A stretch of DNA of 64,000 nt from assembly GCA_029210725.1 (NCBI GenBank), contig JARGFM010000001.1, positions 145,530-209,529 on the forward strand, in the 5' to 3' direction. The position numbers and the translations under genes were made by a program. The notes under the pieces are model-generated. The model saw only the letters and a program-made list of their open reading frames with translations. It was not told the DNA's origin and searched no databases. The stretch is from Bacteroidales bacterium. GTDB taxonomy: Bacteria; Bacteroidota; Bacteroidia; Bacteroidales; GCA-2748055. Shown piece by piece: positions 27,102 through 36,156 of the stretch. Position 1 is the first letter of the stretch, and the number at the start of each line of letters is the position of its first letter.

Positions 27102-28052
27102 ATGTCGAGTATTATTACAAAAATGAGCTATCTGGCCGGCGTAACCCGATTCAGGCGCATCAGTGAGAAACTATATGTGGATGGAGATAAAATCTACAGG
27201 GCGGCCGGAATTGAGTTTAAAGCCAGCTGGTTTCCGGTATACTTTGTACTGGCTCTGACCGAAAACCCGGTAACGGTCATGCAGATTGCCGATCAGATTG
27301 ATTTCTCTCATATCACGGTTAAAAATGTAATCAGGGAGCTGGAGAAGCAGGAATATGTCGAGATCATCTCAAATCCCGCCGATGGACGATCAAAACTGAT
27401 TTCCCTGTCCAAAAAAGGACAAAAGCTGATTTACAGGCTAAAACCCATCTGGATGTCGATTTCGATTACTTTGAAAAAAGTATTTCAAACCGGCCACCCG
27501 GATTTTATGAATATTCTGAATCGCATAGATTCCCAGATTGAGAAAAATCCCCTTCACCTTCTTGTTGCTCAGACCGAATCAGATACGATTACTGTAATCG
27601 ATTACAAACCGGGGCTGGAAAGGCATTTTCATGAGCTGGCGGGGCCCTGGCTAAGCGGCGAAGTGAACAGCCAACTGGAGGAAAAAGAAGGAATTACCCT
27701 TCAATCTCCAGATCCATCCTGTTTTCTGGAGGGTGGTTTTCTTTTCTTTGCCAGGTATAAGGGGCAGATAGTGGGCTTTGTGGCCCTGAAGAGGCTGGAC
27801 AACGAAAGATTTGAATTTGCCAGGCTCTATACCAATCCCGTATTCAATAACCTGGAGATTGATCTGAAACTGATTGAGCGTTGTATCTGCCGGTGTATGG
27901 AAAACGAAGCCAGAGAGCTCTGGCACCAGACCATCCTCGATATACCAGAGGCACATATTCTCTTCCATAAGCTGGGTTTTATCGAGAAAGAAGCGCCTCC
28001 CGGTATGCAGCTATCGGATCAGACTGGAAAAGTTATCTGTCTGGAATTTTAA
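27102..28052 (+). CDS. fusion of MarR-type winged-helix regulator (N-terminal) and GNAT N-acetyltransferase (C-terminal)
   Basis: N-terminus: 'VTVMQIADQIDFSHITVKNVIRELEKQEYVEIISNPADGRSKLISLSKKG' (MarR wHTH). C-terminus: 'ARYKGQIVGFVALKRL...' GNAT core. Confidence 0.8.
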   Translation: MSSIITKMSYLAGVTRFRRISEKLYVDGDKIYRAAGIEFKASWFPVYFVLALTENPVTVMQIADQIDFSHITVKNVIRELEKQEYVEIISNPADGRSKLISLSKKGQKLIYRLKPIWMSISITLKKVFQTGHPDFMNILNRIDSQIEKNPLHLLVAQTESDTITVIDYKPGLERHFHELAGPWLSGEVNSQLEEKEGITLQSPDPSCFLEGGFLFFARYKGQIVGFVALKRLDNERFEFARLYTNPVFNNLEIDLKLIERCICRCMENEARELWHQTILDIPEAHILFHKLGFIEKEAPPGMQLSDQTGKVICLEF

Positions 28053-28062
28053 CTTTGCCCTC

Positions 28063-29229
28063 ATGATTCTAATTGACTTACCCTATGCTTCCGATTATCT
28101 TTTAGAGATAATCAAAGAGAACAATTACCCTGTGGTTTTCACAGAGGTGGCCAAAAAGTTAGTGCAGGACGATTCCATATCCTGGGTACCTGAAGAACAG
28201 GCTGCCCGGTATATCCGGGAAAATCCTGACACCCCCCTCTATACAAATTCGGAAAATGCCCTGACATGGATTTCCGATCATCTCCCCGACTCCTCAATCA
28301 CCAAACAGGCTGATTTGTTCAAGGATAAATTTAAATTCAGGGAGTTGATCCGGGCATCCCATCCTGATTTTCACTTCAGAATGATAAAACTGAAAGACAT
28401 TCCGGACCTTCATCCGGAGGAACTATCCTTTCCCTTTGTTATTAAGCCTTCTGTTGGATTCTTCAGTATAGGAGTTTATGTGGTGAAAAGCATGGATCAG
28501 TGGGCCGTGGTGCAAGGGGAGCTGAACCCTGAAAAATTAAAATCCATTTACCCCCCCAGGGTACTGGATACCTCCGTTTTCATTATCGAAGAGTATATAG
28601 AAGGTGAGGAGTTTGCCATCGATTGCTATTTCAATCAGCAGGGGAAGGCCGTCATTTTAAATATTCTGCATCACCAGTTTTCTTCCGGTGCCGACACCAG
28701 TGACCGGGTGTACACCACCTCCCTGGAAATTGTGTTGAAGAATAAAACCCGGTTTGAAAATTTCCTTCAGTCCATCGGCAACCAGTCCGGATTAAAAAAC
28801 TTTCCCGCTCACGTTGAGGTACGCATAAACAATAAAGGGCTTATCATACCTATTGAGATCAATCCTTTAAGGTTCGGAGGGTGGTGTACCACGGCGGATC
28901 TTCTGGGAATTGCCACCGGTATCAGTCCCTATGAACTGTATTTTCGGAACGAACAACCCGATTGGGCCGGGATCTTTAAAGGCAGGGAAACTAAAAAATA
29001 CAGCATAATTGTCCTGAACAACAACTCTGGTTATCCTCCTGAGGTGATTGATCACTTCAATTTTGACCTCCTCCGAAATGATTTCGAGAACCCTTTACTG
29101 GTCAGAGAATTTGATGCAAACAAATATTCCGTATTTGGCTTTGTTTTCGCTGAAACAAGCCTGGAAAATGACAAAGAAGTAAACAATATCCTTGTTTCAG
29201 ACCTGAGAAAATATATAACTCTGAAATAG
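28063..29229 (+). CDS. ATP-grasp domain-containing protein
   Basis: I start at MILIDLPYASDY (ATG 28063). The track ORF from 27874 overlaps the upstream gene. 'FPFVIKPSVGFFSIGVYVV' and 'IIEEYIEGEEFAIDCYF' are ATP-grasp signatures. Confidence 0.75.
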   Translation: MILIDLPYASDYLLEIIKENNYPVVFTEVAKKLVQDDSISWVPEEQAARYIRENPDTPLYTNSENALTWISDHLPDSSITKQADLFKDKFKFRELIRASHPDFHFRMIKLKDIPDLHPEELSFPFVIKPSVGFFSIGVYVVKSMDQWAVVQGELNPEKLKSIYPPRVLDTSVFIIEEYIEGEEFAIDCYFNQQGKAVILNILHHQFSSGADTSDRVYTTSLEIVLKNKTRFENFLQSIGNQSGLKNFPAHVEVRINNKGLIIPIEINPLRFGGWCTTADLLGIATGISPYELYFRNEQPDWAGIFKGRETKKYSIIVLNNNSGYPPEVIDHFNFDLLRNDFENPLLVREFDANKYSVFGFVFAETSLENDKEVNNILVSDLRKYITLK

Positions 29230-29230
29230 C

Positions 29231-31804
29231 CTACTCCACCACAGAACTCCTGCTGCCCCTGCCCCGGGAATCAAATGATCGTAACATAATCCTTCCTGAA
29301 ACTTCGACCGGCCCTGTATAAGCGGGCGAATCGCTTCCCGGCTCTGTTCCGTCGTTCGTATAACGAATTGTCAGCCCGGGAAAATCGATGTTCGCATGAA
29401 GCATGCCCTCCTGAATCACCGCTCCGGGAGGAGGAAGCCTGTAGGAGAAACCTCCAAAGAGATAATCGAGCCGGGGCATTTCGCGCTGACCCACCAGGTT
29501 GGCAAAGCGGTTCCAGTCTTTGTCCATGGCGCCGATACGTTGCTCCATATCCCCGATCTGTCCCCAGCTAGCCTGGCCCACCCAGGCCCGCTCCGCAAAT
29601 CCGATCAGTTTGGGCAGATAATAATACTCTGCCATAGTACCTCCTTTGACTGTTTCGCTCCAAAGTTCAGCCTGAAGTCCCAGGATCTGCTTATAAGCAT
29701 CCGGCCTCAGACTCTCCATTCCAACAAAATCTGTTTCGGGATCGTAGGGATTGCCCCACTTATCTTCCAGCGTGCATTTAAAAACATCATAAGGGATAAA
29801 ATCAAAGGAGCTGCGCGTATTGACAAAACCACCCCAGTAAAGTCCCCGGTCGGCCGGATGGTGCGTGTAGGCCAAATCAAAATAGAAGTTGTTTACATTG
29901 CACAGGATTACTGGAAATCCGGCGTTTGCCAGCCGGTTACCCAGATCCAGGTTTTCATAAATACTGTTCCATACATAGGGAAGCATATCTGATCCCACAA
30001 ACTCAGGATTGGGTATCCAGTCCCCTTCCTCGTTTTTCTTCATCACAATTTCTTCCCATCCGGCCATAAGCAGACTCTTTTTCTGAAGGATCTCATAGAG
30101 CCGGCTGCCGTAATAAGACTGCAGGTTCTCAAAACTACCGATTTCGGGATGCTCCTCCAGAAAAGCACGGCAAATGGGTGAACCTTTCCAGACCCCGGCG
30201 GCAACTTCATCTCCCCCGGTATGTAAAGTCTTCAGAGTAAGCCCTGCCTCCGCATACATGTCGATCACCTCGTCGACCACCTTTTCAAACAAACGGTAGG
30301 GTCCTTCGGTGCAGACGCAGATCACATTGTCATGGAAGTTTTGCGCCGAGTTGTACACCGAAGCATCATTGGGGTCGATGAGGCGATAATACTCTGCTTC
30401 TTCCCCTTTACCCTCCTTAATCAAACGCTCATACCTGGCTTCCATCGCATAGATGGCGGCCCGGGCATGACCCGGAAAGTTGATTTCCGGAATCACCTCT
30501 ATGTGATGTGCCCCGGCAAACTTCAGCAGTTCTATGAAGGTTTCGCGCGACAGATATCCGCTCCCGTGGTTGTTTTCCGGATCCGGATCCGGCCCTGATC
30601 CGTAAGCCGGGATCAGATGGTCTTTCTCATCCAGAGTATGTCCGCGATGCCCTCCCAGCCCGGTGAGTTCGGGCAGGGACGGAATCTCCAGCCTCCAGCC
30701 TTCATCATCAGTCAGGTGCAAATGCAGGGTATTCAGTTTATAAAAAGCCATAAGCCTGATCAGCTTCCGGATGGCTTCCGGTTCTATGAAATTTCTGGCA
30801 ATATCCAGATGAAACCCCCTGTATGCAAAGGCCGGACGGTCTGAAATAAACAGGGATTCTATCTCCAGGGAAGAGACTGGATTTGCCCATGCTTCCGGGG
30901 GCAATACCGACAGGAGGCTCTGAATGCCATAAAAAACTCCCGAAGGATCGCTTCCGCTTATGGAAATACCCTCTTCCGGATTTGCCTTTATTTGGTAGGC
31001 TTCCTCCCCATTGATCCGTTTATCCCGGATCAGGCTAATCTTACCCGGGCCTCCCTCTCCGGATTCCATGGTTTTCAGAGCCGAACCAAATAACTGTTTT
31101 AACATATCTGACAGATAGTCTGCTTCGACCTTAAGTCCCGGCTGGTAAGTAATAAGCATTTCTCTGTCCAGGACCAAAGGCTCACCGGTGTATAACTCCT
31201 GTACCGGAGAGGGAATAAGCTTCCCGATCTCCCCCGCCTTAAGCAATGAGGTGGAGCCGGTTTGTTCATATACCCAGGCAGCATCGGGGAGTACAATACC
31301 CATTTCCTTGGTATATATTTTTTCCAGGGAAGGAAAGGGAAGCACGGTGTAATCGCTGATGGAAACAGCTTCGCCTGCCACATTCTCCGGATCTCCTAAT
31401 ACCATATAGGGGTGGAGAGGAGCTTCAGACTCCAGAAGCAGGGCACCCGGTTTTTGATAGGCAATTTCTACCGAAGCTCCAGGTTCCAGGCTAAATCCTT
31501 CCTTCGGAACCATCCGCAGCAGATCTCCGTTGATATGTTCAATAGCCACGTTGCCGGTCACGGACTCATCTATTACACCCTGGCCCTGCTGGTTGAAATA
31601 AAGGGTCCAGTCCTGATCGCCCAGGGTTTTCCCGCTTTGATTCTCGAGGATAAACGCGGCACTGTAATATTCCCAGGCAGCATGATTCCCTCTGAATTCC
31701 CAACTCAGGGCCACCGCGCTGTTGTTATCTGAATGACTTGACTTCATTTGCTTACATGATAAGAAGAATATGGGAAGGATAAGAAATAGAAATGCTCTTT
31801 TCAT
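29231..31804 (-). CDS. beta-N-acetylhexosaminidase (GH20), lipoprotein
   Basis: HLHLTDDEGWRLE and LHTGGDEV (catalytic D-E) motifs. I use the internal start MKRAFLFLILPIFFLSC (lipobox, ATG at 31804). The 95-codon upstream extension of the track ORF overlaps the divergent gene. Confidence 0.9.
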   Translation of the reverse strand: MKRAFLFLILPIFFLSCKQMKSSHSDNNSAVALSWEFRGNHAAWEYYSAAFILENQSGKTLGDQDWTLYFNQQGQGVIDESVTGNVAIEHINGDLLRMVPKEGFSLEPGASVEIAYQKPGALLLESEAPLHPYMVLGDPENVAGEAVSISDYTVLPFPSLEKIYTKEMGIVLPDAAWVYEQTGSTSLLKAGEIGKLIPSPVQELYTGEPLVLDREMLITYQPGLKVEADYLSDMLKQLFGSALKTMESGEGGPGKISLIRDKRINGEEAYQIKANPEEGISISGSDPSGVFYGIQSLLSVLPPEAWANPVSSLEIESLFISDRPAFAYRGFHLDIARNFIEPEAIRKLIRLMAFYKLNTLHLHLTDDEGWRLEIPSLPELTGLGGHRGHTLDEKDHLIPAYGSGPDPDPENNHGSGYLSRETFIELLKFAGAHHIEVIPEINFPGHARAAIYAMEARYERLIKEGKGEEAEYYRLIDPNDASVYNSAQNFHDNVICVCTEGPYRLFEKVVDEVIDMYAEAGLTLKTLHTGGDEVAAGVWKGSPICRAFLEEHPEIGSFENLQSYYGSRLYEILQKKSLLMAGWEEIVMKKNEEGDWIPNPEFVGSDMLPYVWNSIYENLDLGNRLANAGFPVILCNVNNFYFDLAYTHHPADRGLYWGGFVNTRSSFDFIPYDVFKCTLEDKWGNPYDPETDFVGMESLRPDAYKQILGLQAELWSETVKGGTMAEYYYLPKLIGFAERAWVGQASWGQIGDMEQRIGAMDKDWNRFANLVGQREMPRLDYLFGGFSYRLPPPGAVIQEGMLHANIDFPGLTIRYTNDGTEPGSDSPAYTGPVEVSGRIMLRSFDSRGRGSRSSVVE

Positions 31805-31883
31805 GGGGATGTGGTTTTTATTCTTCAATTCTTTGTAGATTAGTGTCTCAACAAAACTACAAAATCCTCCAACAAAAGTAAGT

Positions 31884-32999
31884 ATGTCCGACACAACTGC
31901 CCCTGTAAAATCAAATCGGCTTGTCTCCCTGGATGCCCTCCGGGGTTTTACCATTGCAGCCATGGTGATTGTCAACGATCCCGGTAGCTGGGACCATGTA
32001 TACCGGCCTCTGTTACATGCCGAATGGAACGGGTGTACCCTCACCGATCTGATCTTTCCTTTCTTCCTCTTCATTGTGGGTGTATCCATTGCCCTGGCCT
32101 ATTCCAAGCGCCAGGAGGCCGGTTCACCCAAGAAAAGTCTTTATAGAAAAATTGTGATCCGCTCGGTAAACATCTACCTGCTGGGGCTCTTTCTCTGGCT
32201 TTTCCCCCAGTTTGATTTCGGAAATATAAGATGGGTTGGCGTACTTCCGCGAATTGCCTTTGTGTTCCTGGCCTGCGCCCTTCTATTCCTCAACACCAAC
32301 TGGAAACAACAGATAAAAATAGCGGTCGTCATTCTGCTGGTATACTGGATCTGGGTGGCCTATATTCCCGTGCCTGGAATCGGAAAACCCGATTTATCGG
32401 TAGCCGGAAAAAACTGGGCCAATCACCTGGATACCCTCTTGCTTCCGGGGGTCATGTGGCAAAAGACATGGGACCCCGAAGGAATTTTAAGTACTTTCCC
32501 TGCCATTGTTTCCGGGATGATCGGCATGCTGATCGGGAAACTCTACCTGACCGTAAGGGATGAAAACAAACGTCTGGTCTGGCTCTATTTTATTGGCTTC
32601 TCCATGTTCCTGGCAGGAGGACTCTGGAACTGGTTCTTTCCCATCAACAAAAACATCTGGACCAGCTCCTACGTGCTATATACTTCCGGACTAGGAACTC
32701 TGGGGCTGGCCACCTGCATCCTGGTGGTCGACATGTGGGGGTATAAAAAATGGACTTTCCTGGGGAGGGTTTATGGAGCCAACGCCATCACATCCTATGT
32801 GCTGGCAGGAATGCTGACCCTGTTATTCTACCAGCTGAAAATCGGGGGAGCCTCCTTCAACGACTCCTTCATGAGTGGAATGACCCAAATTGGATTCGAT
32901 CCCAGATTGGCTTCCATGCTCTATGCAGTGATTTATATGTTGATCATCTTTATACCTGCCCTGATCCTGTACAGGAAAAAGATATTTATCAAGGTTTGA
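31884..32999 (+). CDS. DUF5009 / heparan-alpha-glucosaminide N-acetyltransferase-like acyltransferase, polytopic membrane protein
   Basis: RLVSLDALRGFTIAAMVIVNDPGSW N-terminus and about 10 TM helices. Confidence 0.8.
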   Translation: MSDTTAPVKSNRLVSLDALRGFTIAAMVIVNDPGSWDHVYRPLLHAEWNGCTLTDLIFPFFLFIVGVSIALAYSKRQEAGSPKKSLYRKIVIRSVNIYLLGLFLWLFPQFDFGNIRWVGVLPRIAFVFLACALLFLNTNWKQQIKIAVVILLVYWIWVAYIPVPGIGKPDLSVAGKNWANHLDTLLLPGVMWQKTWDPEGILSTFPAIVSGMIGMLIGKLYLTVRDENKRLVWLYFIGFSMFLAGGLWNWFFPINKNIWTSSYVLYTSGLGTLGLATCILVVDMWGYKKWTFLGRVYGANAITSYVLAGMLTLLFYQLKIGGASFNDSFMSGMTQIGFDPRLASMLYAVIYMLIIFIPALILYRKKIFIKV

Positions 33000-33066
33000 T
33001 CTGACAGCCCTGTTTCAATCATACGATCTGAGTACCCTTCAATGGGCCCTGCTGGCTACCTGCGGA

Positions 33067-33756
33067 TTGCTGATCGGCATGTCCAAAACGGGACTGTCGG
33101 GAGTGGGACTGATGGTGGTGCCCATCCTGGCCAATGCATTCGGAGGCCGCCCCTCGGTTGGCCTGTTATTGCCCATCCTGATCTTTGCCGATGTGTTTGC
33201 CGTTACCTGGTACAACCGCCATGCCCGGTGGAAACATATTTTGCGCCTGCTGCCCTGGGCCCTGGCAGGGATATTGCTGGCAACCCTGATTGGGAAGTCC
33301 ATTTCCGATCTGACATTCAACCGCCTTCTGGCAGCCCTGGTGATCGGGGGAATCGGAATCCTCCTATGGAGAGATCAAAGGTCAGACAAACTGCGAATAC
33401 CTGAATCCAGATGGTTTGCGGGCAGTCTGGGACTGCTGGGCGGTTTTTCAACCATGATCGGCAATGCGGCAGGCCCTGTTATGGCCCTGTACCTCCTCTC
33501 CATGCGCCTGCCCAAAAATAGTTTCATTGGCACCGGTGCGTGGTTTTTTTTTATTGTAAATGTGACCAAAGTTCCCCTGCATATCTGGTCGTGGAAGACC
33601 ATCACCCTGCACTCCTTCTTACTGGATGTGTTTATGATACCCACCATTGCAAGCGGAGCCTTCCTGGGAATCTGGCTGGTACGGTTGTTACCTGAAAAGA
33701 TCTACAGGATTATTGTGATTGCCACCACCCTGCTCTCTGCGCTGCTTCTTATCTAA
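33067..33756 (+). CDS. sulfite exporter TauE/SafE family membrane protein (start codon uncertain)
   Basis: TM-rich, with a GxSKTGLSGVG motif and its repeat GGFSTMIGNAAGP. The frame is open from 32969 but has no ATG or GTG before the TTG at 33067. Confidence 0.7.
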   Translation: MLIGMSKTGLSGVGLMVVPILANAFGGRPSVGLLLPILIFADVFAVTWYNRHARWKHILRLLPWALAGILLATLIGKSISDLTFNRLLAALVIGGIGILLWRDQRSDKLRIPESRWFAGSLGLLGGFSTMIGNAAGPVMALYLLSMRLPKNSFIGTGAWFFFIVNVTKVPLHIWSWKTITLHSFLLDVFMIPTIASGAFLGIWLVRLLPEKIYRIIVIATTLLSALLLI

Positions 33757-34170
33757 ACCTTTTTCGGACGATTCCTGGTCCATATTTATCTTTTTTTCGG
33801 ATGATACACCAAGAAGCTCATTTACTGTCTCTAACATCACTTTTTGTGAGAACGGTTTCTCCAGGATCCTGGAAGCTCCAAAAATCTTGGCAGTACCCAA
33901 ATAATTATCCGCGGATATTTTGCCCCCTCCCGACATAGCAATAATTTTGAGATCGGGTTGCATCCTCTTCATTTCTCTGATGGTTTCGAGGCCCTCCTTC
34001 TCAGGCATGATAATATCGGTGATCACCAGGTCAGCCGGAATTCGTTTGAAAAGCTCCAGACCATTATTTCCATTGGATGCAAGATCGACGGTATAACCAG
34101 CTCTTTCAAGCATTTTTTTTATCATCAGTAAAACGTGATGATCATCGTCTATGATCAGGATTTTAGGCAT
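33688..34170 (-). CDS. stand-alone response regulator receiver (CheY-like)
   Basis: ILIIDDD...DLVITDIIMPEKEG...IIAMSGGG...K receiver motifs, with no output domain. Its ATG overlaps the kinase stop (TAATG). Confidence 0.85.
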   Translation of the reverse strand: MPKILIIDDDHHVLLMIKKMLERAGYTVDLASNGNNGLELFKRIPADLVITDIIMPEKEGLETIREMKRMQPDLKIIAMSGGGKISADNYLGTAKIFGASRILEKPFSQKVMLETVNELLGVSSEKKINMDQESSEKGLDKKQRREQGGGNHNNPVDLFR

Positions 34171-36155
34171 TATGAAGCTTTTTTATGGTTTTGATGGAGT
34201 ACTTTTCCTATTAATTCACTGAATTCGCTTAAGATAAGAGGCTTAGTAATAATATTTGCGATCCCGTACTGTTTCATGGCACTGGCCGGAATCGAATCCT
34301 GGTAGCCCGTAATGATAATAGCTTTCAGGTCGGCCCTGATCTCCTTTAACCTCCCAATCAATTCTGTACCTAATATTTTGGGCATGGCCTGATCGGTCAC
34401 CAGGAGGTCATACTTATAGGGATTCTTGCTGAAAGCTTTAAGCGCTTCCTGGCTATCGCTCTTTATATCAACGGTATACCCCAGACTCTCAAGCATTCGT
34501 TTCCCCATAAAAGTGATTTCTTTTTCATCATCAACAAACAGAATGCTTCCTTTCCCCTTTTTCAGTCCCTGAATTTGATCCTTCTCCTCTTCAAGCTTTT
34601 CCGAGTGTTGAGGAAGATATATGGTAAAAGTGGTTCCTATCCCTGGTTCGCTGTCAACACTAATGGTTCCATGGTAATTGTTCACGATCCCATGTACCAC
34701 CGATAATCCCAGTCCGGAGCCGGAACCCACTTCCTTTTTAGTGAAGAAGGGCTCAAAAATACGTTCCATGGTCCTCTTGTCCATGCCATGTCCGGTATCT
34801 GAAATGATAAGCCGCAGATACGTTCCTTTCGGTATCTTGGCAGAATCATGGACCGTCCACGCACCCACAATTTGTTTATCCAGTGTGATTGTCAAAAGGC
34901 CTCCTTTGCCCATCATGGCATGATAGGCATTGGTACATAAGTTCATTATTATTTGGTGCATCTGGGTCGAGTCGGCCATTACAGTTCCGCACTCCGTATC
35001 CAGATCCTGACGGATTTCTATGTTGGAAGGAAAGGAAGCCCTGATCAGTTTCAGAACTTCGGTGATCACCACGTCAAGACGCAGTGGTTTCTTATCAAAA
35101 TCGACCTGCCGGCTGAACGTCAGAATTTGTTGAACCAGGTCTTTCCCCCTTATCGCGGCACTGTTAATTTGTTCAATATCATAACGGAGCAGGCTGTCAT
35201 CGGACAGCTCCTCCAGGGCCATTTCTGTATAGCCCATTATGGGGGTCAGAATATTGTTGAAATCATGGGCAATTCCCCCCGCCAGAGTTCCAATGGTTTC
35301 CATCTTTTGAAGTTGTACCAGCTGACCCTCCAGTTTGGTTTTCTCCTTTTCATGCCTTTTTCGGATCTCTATTTCTTTTTTCAGATCTTTATTTGCCAGA
35401 GCGATTTGCCTGGTCCTTTCCTGAACACGCTTTTCCAGAGCATTGTTGGCAGTCTGTACTTTTTCTTGCTCCTTTTGCAACAGGATCCTCATATAAAAGT
35501 CCCGCCGCGCCGACTGCTCCATGAAATAGCTGATGAACATCCCGATCACATTGGCACTAATAAAGAAGAAATTATTATTAATCAATATTTCAATAGGTGT
35601 ATCAGAGATCCAGATGGCCGCCACCTCATAGGTGGCCACAATGGACCACCCCACAACCGTTGCATATATAAATCGCGCCCTGATAAAGGTATAACCAATA
35701 ATAAAGATCAGGAAAAGTCCGGCATAGTATGTGTAATTGCCGGCTATGTTGGCTGCGAATATGGTCATTACAATGATGGCAAGACCGGTCACATAAATAA
35801 TTCCGGCCAGGACTGGCTGCATGTACTTCTTGAAGACACCGGAAAAGGAGAAGATAATAACCACGGTAAGCAGGGGGGAAATAATCCCAAATCGGATGAT
35901 CCAGAACATATTCTTTAGTTCCGGGAGCAAAAGTACATCCAGAAAAGCAAAGATGCCGAAGAAGAAAAGAGAGAGGAGCAATGAGAAGCGCATGGGATTC
36001 AAGGACCGGTAGAAATAGTCTTCCCTGAAAGCCTTTTCATACTGATGTATCTCCCCGGAAAAAGCCAGCGTCAGGCGATTCAGTTTCCAGTCATCCTGGA
36101 CGGAAGTAGGCATCCCAAACAGATTCCCTTTGAATATGTTCTTAAAATATACCAA
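34170..36155 (-). CDS. hybrid sensor histidine kinase/response regulator with 6-TM N-terminal sensor domain
   Basis: H-box IAHDFNNILTPIMGY, N-box NLCTNAYHAM, G-boxes DTGHGM/GSGLGLS, and a C-terminal receiver (ILFVDDE...LLVTDQAMP). The track start is TTG at 36155; the next ATG is at 36113. Confidence 0.9.
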   Translation of the reverse strand: MVYFKNIFKGNLFGMPTSVQDDWKLNRLTLAFSGEIHQYEKAFREDYFYRSLNPMRFSLLLSLFFFGIFAFLDVLLLPELKNMFWIIRFGIISPLLTVVIIFSFSGVFKKYMQPVLAGIIYVTGLAIIVMTIFAANIAGNYTYYAGLFLIFIIGYTFIRARFIYATVVGWSIVATYEVAAIWISDTPIEILINNNFFFISANVIGMFISYFMEQSARRDFYMRILLQKEQEKVQTANNALEKRVQERTRQIALANKDLKKEIEIRKRHEKEKTKLEGQLVQLQKMETIGTLAGGIAHDFNNILTPIMGYTEMALEELSDDSLLRYDIEQINSAAIRGKDLVQQILTFSRQVDFDKKPLRLDVVITEVLKLIRASFPSNIEIRQDLDTECGTVMADSTQMHQIIMNLCTNAYHAMMGKGGLLTITLDKQIVGAWTVHDSAKIPKGTYLRLIISDTGHGMDKRTMERIFEPFFTKKEVGSGSGLGLSVVHGIVNNYHGTISVDSEPGIGTTFTIYLPQHSEKLEEEKDQIQGLKKGKGSILFVDDEKEITFMGKRMLESLGYTVDIKSDSQEALKAFSKNPYKYDLLVTDQAMPKILGTELIGRLKEIRADLKAIIITGYQDSIPASAMKQYGIANIITKPLILSEFSELIGKVLHQNHKKAS

Positions 36156-36156
36156 A

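Noticed and set aside
22173-29229. tRNA-Arg-adjacent genomic island
   Set aside because: There is no integrase, excisionase or transposase. I could not find a direct repeat of the tRNA 3' end downstream. The downstream genes look like ordinary stress and glycan genes.
31805-32089. 95-codon N-terminal extension of the GH20 ORF (track ORF 29231-32089)
   Set aside because: The extension overlaps the divergent DUF5009 gene and has no signal peptide. The internal Met at 31804 gives a perfect lipoprotein signal (LILPIFFLSC), so I shortened the gene.
34953-35918. 321-aa plus-strand ORF
   Set aside because: It is antisense to the hybrid histidine kinase, whose H/N/G boxes are present on the minus strand. 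Shadow ORF.
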